A stretch of DNA of 64,000 nucleotides, taken from assembly GCA_963798845.1 (NCBI GenBank), contig CAWCUS010000005.1:64001-128000 (forward strand), given 5' to 3'. This DNA comes from an uncultured Gemmatimonadales bacterium (GTDB taxonomy: Bacteria; Gemmatimonadota; Gemmatimonadetes; Longimicrobiales; RSA9). The translations under genes and the position numbers were made by a program. The number at the start of each line of letters is the position of its first letter. Position 1 is the stretch's first letter. This document shows, in pieces, positions 59,024 through 64,000 of the stretch. Under the pieces are notes generated by a model. It searched no databases. It was given only the letters and a program-made list of their open reading frames with translations, and was not told the origin of the DNA.

Positions 59024-59052
59024 AAGGTATCGGCGCGACCCTTCATGGTCAA
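59024..59052 (-). promoter_or_regulatory. Putative sigma-70 promoter of the nuo operon
   Basis: The minus strand reads TTGACC-N17-TACCTT. Confidence 0.6.
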
Positions 59053-59153
59053 CCCGCGCGGCGGGTTGCAGCAGGTCGCGTCCAGGCCCTACTTTCCGCC
59101 CTTCCAGCCGGGCAGTTTCCAGACCACTCACCCACACAGGCGAGGCCCCGAGG

Positions 59154-59711
59154 ATGGCGATTCTGAGCGATCACTGGATCCGAGAGATGGCCGAGCAGCA
59201 CGACATGATCGAGCCGTTCGAGCCGGGTCAGGTCCGCGACGGCGCCATAAGCTACGGCACCTCGTCATTCGGCTACGACATACGCGTGGCCGACGAGTTC
59301 AAGGTGTTCACCGACGTGTACAGCGTCGTGGTGGACCCGAAGAACTTCGACTCGCGCAGCTTCGTGGACATGTCCGGGCAGGGATACTGCATCATCCCCC
59401 CCAACTCGTTCGCCCTCGCCCGCACGCTCGAGTACTTCCGAATCCCCGCCGACGTCCTCGTGCTGTGCGTTGGAAAGTCCACCTACGCGCGTTGCGGCAT
59501 CCTCGTGAACGTCACGCCGCTGGAGCCCGAGTGGGAGGGTTTCCTGACCCTCGAGATCTCGAACACGACGCCGCTCCCGGCGAAGATCTACGCCAACGAA
59601 GGCATCGCCCAGCTCCTGTTTTTCCGGGGCGACCGCGTCCCCAGCACCACGTACGCCCAGCGCGGCGGGAAGTACCAGAAGCAGCGGGGGGTCACGCCAC
59701 CGCGGCTGTAA
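59154..59711 (+). CDS. dcd: dCTP deaminase
   Basis: [29 protein letters not shown] and YANEGIAQ. Confidence 0.96.
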   Translation: MAILSDHWIREMAEQHDMIEPFEPGQVRDGAISYGTSSFGYDIRVADEFKVFTDVYSVVVDPKNFDSRSFVDMSGQGYCIIPPNSFALARTLEYFRIPADVLVLCVGKSTYARCGILVNVTPLEPEWEGFLTLEISNTTPLPAKIYANEGIAQLLFFRGDRVPSTTYAQRGGKYQKQRGVTPPRL

Positions 59712-59832
59712 CCGCGGTGGCGGGGACGCGCCGCTGGCACGGGACACGGCGCCCGCGGCGGCCCGCGAGAGCGGGGCTGTGCCGCGCTGGACCTGGGGCC
59801 TGGCGGTCCCCGAACCAGCCGTCACACGCACG

Positions 59833-59866
59833 GAGCCCGGGCATCCGAAGCTGCCCGGGCTCTCTT
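59833..59866. terminator. Intrinsic-terminator-like hairpin between convergent dcd and sdhB
   Basis: GAGCCCGGGCA-TCCGAAGC-TGCCCGGGCTC forms an 11-bp stem followed by TCTT. Confidence 0.6.
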
Positions 59867-59929
59867 CGTCACCAGGTGGTCTAGGCCTCGCGAGCGGCGG
59901 CGCGTCCTGGTGGCCTGGTGCCTGCGGCG

Positions 59930-60691
59930 TCAGTCCACCAGTGACCCGGGTCGGTGCATGCTGGCCCGCATGAGGTCCCGGTTCAGGCGCGCGATGTAAT
60001 CCACGCTGATCCCCTTCGGACACGCTTCCTGGCATGCGCCGTGGTTCGTGCAGTGGCCGAAGTTCTCGATGTTCATCTGCGCCACCATGGCACGGGTGCG
60101 CGCATCGCGCTCTGGGCGGCCCTGGGGGAGCAGGTTGAGGTGGCTGACCTTGGCCGAAGTGAACAGCATGGCCGAGGCGTTGGGGCACGCCGCCACGCAC
60201 GCGCCGCATCCGATGCACGTCGCGGCGTCGAAGGCGAGGTCGGCGTTCTCCTTGGGAACGGGTATGGCATTGGCGTCAGGCGCGGAGCCCGTGCGGACGG
60301 AGATGTAGCCGCCCGCCGCAGTGATCCGGTCCAGCGCGCTGCGATCCACGATCAGGTCCTTCAGGACCGGGAAGGCGTTGGCGCGCCACGGCTCGATGAC
60401 GATCTCGTCGCCATCGTCGAACGCGCGCATGTGCAGCTGGCACACCGTCGTCTTCTTCCAGGGACCGTGGGCGACGCCGTCGATCATCATGCCGCACATG
60501 CCGCAGATCCCCTCGCGGCAGTCGTGGTCGAACGCCACCGGGTCCTGCCCCTCCTCGATCAGCTGGGCGTTCAGCACGTCCAGCATCTCCAGGAAGGACA
60601 TGTCGTGGGAAACACTGTCGAGACGGTACGTCTCGAACTTCCCCTTCGCGGTGCGGGACGCCTGTCGCCAGATATGCAAGGTGATTTTCAT
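59930..60691 (-). CDS. sdhB: Succinate dehydrogenase/fumarate reductase iron-sulfur subunit
   Basis: [22 protein letters not shown] and [12 protein letters not shown]. Confidence 0.95.
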   Translation of the reverse strand: MKITLHIWRQASRTAKGKFETYRLDSVSHDMSFLEMLDVLNAQLIEEGQDPVAFDHDCREGICGMCGMMIDGVAHGPWKKTTVCQLHMRAFDDGDEIVIEPWRANAFPVLKDLIVDRSALDRITAAGGYISVRTGSAPDANAIPVPKENADLAFDAATCIGCGACVAACPNASAMLFTSAKVSHLNLLPQGRPERDARTRAMVAQMNIENFGHCTNHGACQEACPKGISVDYIARLNRDLMRASMHRPGSLVD

Positions 60692-60701
60692 GTGCGTCCC
60701 T

Positions 60702-62615
60702 CTACTTGTAGCTGCGCTGCGAAGGCGTGACGTACTCGAACTCCAGGTCTTCCTTGTGGAGCGTGGGCTCCTGCCCCACGCCGTTGAACTCCCATACCGA
60801 CACGTACGAGTAGTTCTCGTCGTCCCGCTTCGCCTCGCCTTCCGGCGTGGTGTGCTCCACGCGGTAGTGGGCGCCGCACGACTCGTCGCGGTCCAGGGCG
60901 TCGTACGCCATGAGCTCGCCGAACTCGAGGAAGTCGGCCAGGCGGCCGGCCTTCTCCAGCTCCTGGTTGATGTTGGCGCCATCGCCCGGGACGCGGACTT
61001 CCTTCCAGAAGCGCTCGCGCAGCTCCGGGATCAGCGTCAGGACCTTCTTCAGCCCCTCGGCGCTCCGGGCCATTCCGACGTACTCCCACATCAGCTTGCC
61101 GAGCTGCTGGTGGAAGTGGTCCACCGTGCTCCCGCCGTTGATGGCCAGCATCCGGGCGGTCTTGTCCTTCACCGCCTGGACGGTGTCCTTGACGGACGGG
61201 TGGTCCGGAGCGATCCCGGAGTGGCCGGCGCGGGCCAGATAGTCGCTCACCGTGGCCGGGAGGACGAAGTAGCCGTCCGCCAGCCCCTGCATGAGCGCGC
61301 TGGCGCCCAGCCGGTTGGCGCCGTGGTCGCTGAAGTTGGCCTCACCGCCCACGAACATGCCCGGGATGGTGCTCTCGAGGTTGTAGTCCACCCACAGCCC
61401 ACCCATGGTGTAATGGGGTGCGGGGTAGATCCGCATCGGCACGTCGTAGGGGTTCTCGCCCGTGATCTTCTCGTACATCTCGAACAGGTTGCCGTAGCGC
61501 TCCGAGATGACGTTGGCGCCCAGACGCTCGATGGGGTCGCGGAAGTCCAGGAAGACCCCGTTCTGCATCGGGCCCACCCCGCGCCCCTCGTCCACCGCCT
61601 CCTTGGCCCGGCGCGACGCGATGTCGCGGGGCGTGAGGTTCCCGAAGCTCGGGTACAGCCGCTCCAGGTAGTAGTCCCGCTCGGACTCGGGGATCTCGCT
61701 GGCCTTGCGTGTGTCCCCGGGCTTCTTGGGCGCCCAGATGCGGCCGTCGTTTCGAAGCGACTCGCTCATGAGCGTGAGCTTGGACTGGTAGTGGCCGCTC
61801 GGCGGGATGCACGTGGGGTGGATCTGCGTGTAGCACGGGTTGGCGAAGCCGGCTCCGCGCTTGTGCGCTCTCCACGCTGCGGTGACGTTGCACCCCTTCG
61901 CGTTCGTGGAGAGGAAGAAGACGTTGCTGTAGCCTCCGGTCGCCAGGACGACGACGTCGCCCACGTGCGGCTCGATCTCCCCCGTCACCATGTCCCGGGC
62001 GACGATCCCGACCGCGCGCCCGTCGGCGAGGATCACGTCGAGCATCTCGTGCCGGTTGTACGTGGTGACCGTACCCTCGGCGACCTGTCGCTGGAGCGCC
62101 TGGTAGCAGCCGAGCAGCAGCTGCTGACCCGTCTGCCCCCGGGCGTAGAACGTCCGGGCGACCTGGGCGCCGCCGAAGGAGCGGTTGTCCAGCAGGCCGC
62201 CGTACTCCCGGGCGAACGGTACGCCCTGGGCCACGGCCTGGTCGATGATGTTCAGGCTGAGCTGCGACAGCCGGTAGACGTTGGACTCCCGGGAGCGGAA
62301 GTCACCGCCCTTCACGGTGTCATAGAACAGCCGGAAGACGCTGTCGCCGTCGTTGCGGTAGTTCTTTGCCGCGTTGATCCCGCCCTGCGCCGCGATGCTG
62401 TGGGCGCGCCGCGGGCTGTCCTGGTAGAAGAAGCACTTGACGTTGTATCCCATCTCGCCGAGCGTCGCCGCGGCGGCGCCCCCGGCGAGACCGGAGCCGA
62501 CGACGATGACCTGGTATTTCCGGCGGTTGGCCGGGTTCACAAGCTTCATGGAGAACTTGTGATTGTCCCACTGGTCGCTGATCGGACCCGGCGGGACTTT
62601 GGCGTTGAGTTCCAT
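60702..62615 (-). CDS. sdhA: Succinate dehydrogenase/fumarate reductase flavoprotein
   Basis: [29 protein letters not shown] and HGANRLG. Confidence 0.96.
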   Translation of the reverse strand: MELNAKVPPGPISDQWDNHKFSMKLVNPANRRKYQVIVVGSGLAGGAAAATLGEMGYNVKCFFYQDSPRRAHSIAAQGGINAAKNYRNDGDSVFRLFYDTVKGGDFRSRESNVYRLSQLSLNIIDQAVAQGVPFAREYGGLLDNRSFGGAQVARTFYARGQTGQQLLLGCYQALQRQVAEGTVTTYNRHEMLDVILADGRAVGIVARDMVTGEIEPHVGDVVVLATGGYSNVFFLSTNAKGCNVTAAWRAHKRGAGFANPCYTQIHPTCIPPSGHYQSKLTLMSESLRNDGRIWAPKKPGDTRKASEIPESERDYYLERLYPSFGNLTPRDIASRRAKEAVDEGRGVGPMQNGVFLDFRDPIERLGANVISERYGNLFEMYEKITGENPYDVPMRIYPAPHYTMGGLWVDYNLESTIPGMFVGGEANFSDHGANRLGASALMQGLADGYFVLPATVSDYLARAGHSGIAPDHPSVKDTVQAVKDKTARMLAINGGSTVDHFHQQLGKLMWEYVGMARSAEGLKKVLTLIPELRERFWKEVRVPGDGANINQELEKAGRLADFLEFGELMAYDALDRDESCGAHYRVEHTTPEGEAKRDDENYSYVSVWEFNGVGQEPTLHKEDLEFEYVTPSQRSYK

Positions 62616-63313
62616 CACGAAAGCACCCCCATCGCCACGCCCAGCGGGATCGACAGGTATCCGACCGCGATCAGGATGGCGATCGCGGCGGCCGTCGGCC
62701 GACGGTAGCGGTTGTATGTCGGATTGTTGATGCCGAACGTCTGCATGGCGCTCCACAGCCCGTGATACAGGTGCATCCCGAGGGCGACCACGCCGATGAC
62801 GTAGAACACCGTCACCCACCAGACGTGGAATCCCGCGATGGCGTTCTCATACGGGTTGGCGCGCTGGAACCGGTAGGCCACGTCCGGGTGGATGGTGCCC
62901 GTGGTCAGGTGAAGGAGGTGGAAGACCACGAACGCGAGGATCGCGATCCCGCCCCACAACATCGCGCGCGACATCCAGCTGAAGACCTGCGGGTCGTACT
63001 TCCGATAACCATGCGTGCGCGCGCGCCGCGTGCGGAGCCAGAGCAGGTAGTACGCGCCCACATGGACGAGGAACGCGGCGATGAGCAGCACGCGCACGAT
63101 CCACAGCACCGTCTTGCTGGGGAAGAGCGGGCTTCCCACCGTCCGCAGCCATTCCGCGTAGTGGTTGAAAGGCTCCTCGCCGAGGAAGATCTTCAGGTTC
63201 CCGGCAAGGTGCAGGATGACGAAGAGGAACAGGATCAGGGACGCGGAAGCCATCAGCAGCTTCTTGCCGATGGACGTCGCCCGGATCGGGACGGTGGTCG
63301 CCGGTTGGGACAT
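62615..63313 (-). CDS. sdhC: Succinate dehydrogenase cytochrome b subunit (b558 family, three-subunit type)
   Basis: [21 protein letters not shown] and HLYHGLWS (His ligands); about five TM helices. Confidence 0.92.
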   Translation of the reverse strand: MSQPATTVPIRATSIGKKLLMASASLILFLFVILHLAGNLKIFLGEEPFNHYAEWLRTVGSPLFPSKTVLWIVRVLLIAAFLVHVGAYYLLWLRTRRARTHGYRKYDPQVFSWMSRAMLWGGIAILAFVVFHLLHLTTGTIHPDVAYRFQRANPYENAIAGFHVWWVTVFYVIGVVALGMHLYHGLWSAMQTFGINNPTYNRYRRPTAAAIAILIAVGYLSIPLGVAMGVLS

Positions 63314-63323
63314 GGGGTCAGCC

Positions 63324-64000
<677 letters not shown>

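Noticed and set aside
59735..59752. TGGCACG as a sigma-54 -24 element
   Set aside because: There is no TTGC at the required spacing, and it lies between convergent genes.

Overview
This is a GC-rich (about 70% by eye), densely packed core-genome window from a diderm bacterium; gene order and protein style suggest Gemmatimonadota, which is an inference only. Left to right it holds: a TamB-like N-terminus and a lipidated Omp85/TamA-like gene; a TPR membrane protein; a strong chromosome-dimer-resolution (dif) site at 3555-3582, with KOPS motifs converging on it from both sides; an acyltransferase and a Zn-ribbon gene; and a roughly 10 kb surface-glycosylation cluster (Ppm1-like GT2, GT4, gmd, rmd-like, methyltransferase, YfhO GT-C, flippase-like, two GT2). 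A long minus-strand run follows, listed in coordinate order: rpoN, lptB, lptA-like, lptC, kdsD, kdsC, kdsA, pyrG, kdsB, an outer-membrane barrel, trpG/pabA, xerD, dedA, ispF, fabF, acpP, fabG, fabD, fabH, plsX, rpmF, yceD, ndk, an EIIA-CBS protein, sucD, sucC, carbamate kinase, UPF0182, PMM/PGM and nuoN to nuoA. The window ends with dcd (+ strand), sdhB, sdhA, sdhC and a partial mdh. I saw no rRNA, tRNA, CRISPR array or transposase. The most notable items are an LptB with a roughly 155-aa N-terminal domain containing an EF-hand-like loop, a PTS-EIIA/CBS fusion between sucD and ndk, the dif/KOPS terminus architecture, a Rex/CRP-type operator at nuoA, and three single-base frameshifts (tamA-like, dedA, fabD) that look like sequencing errors.
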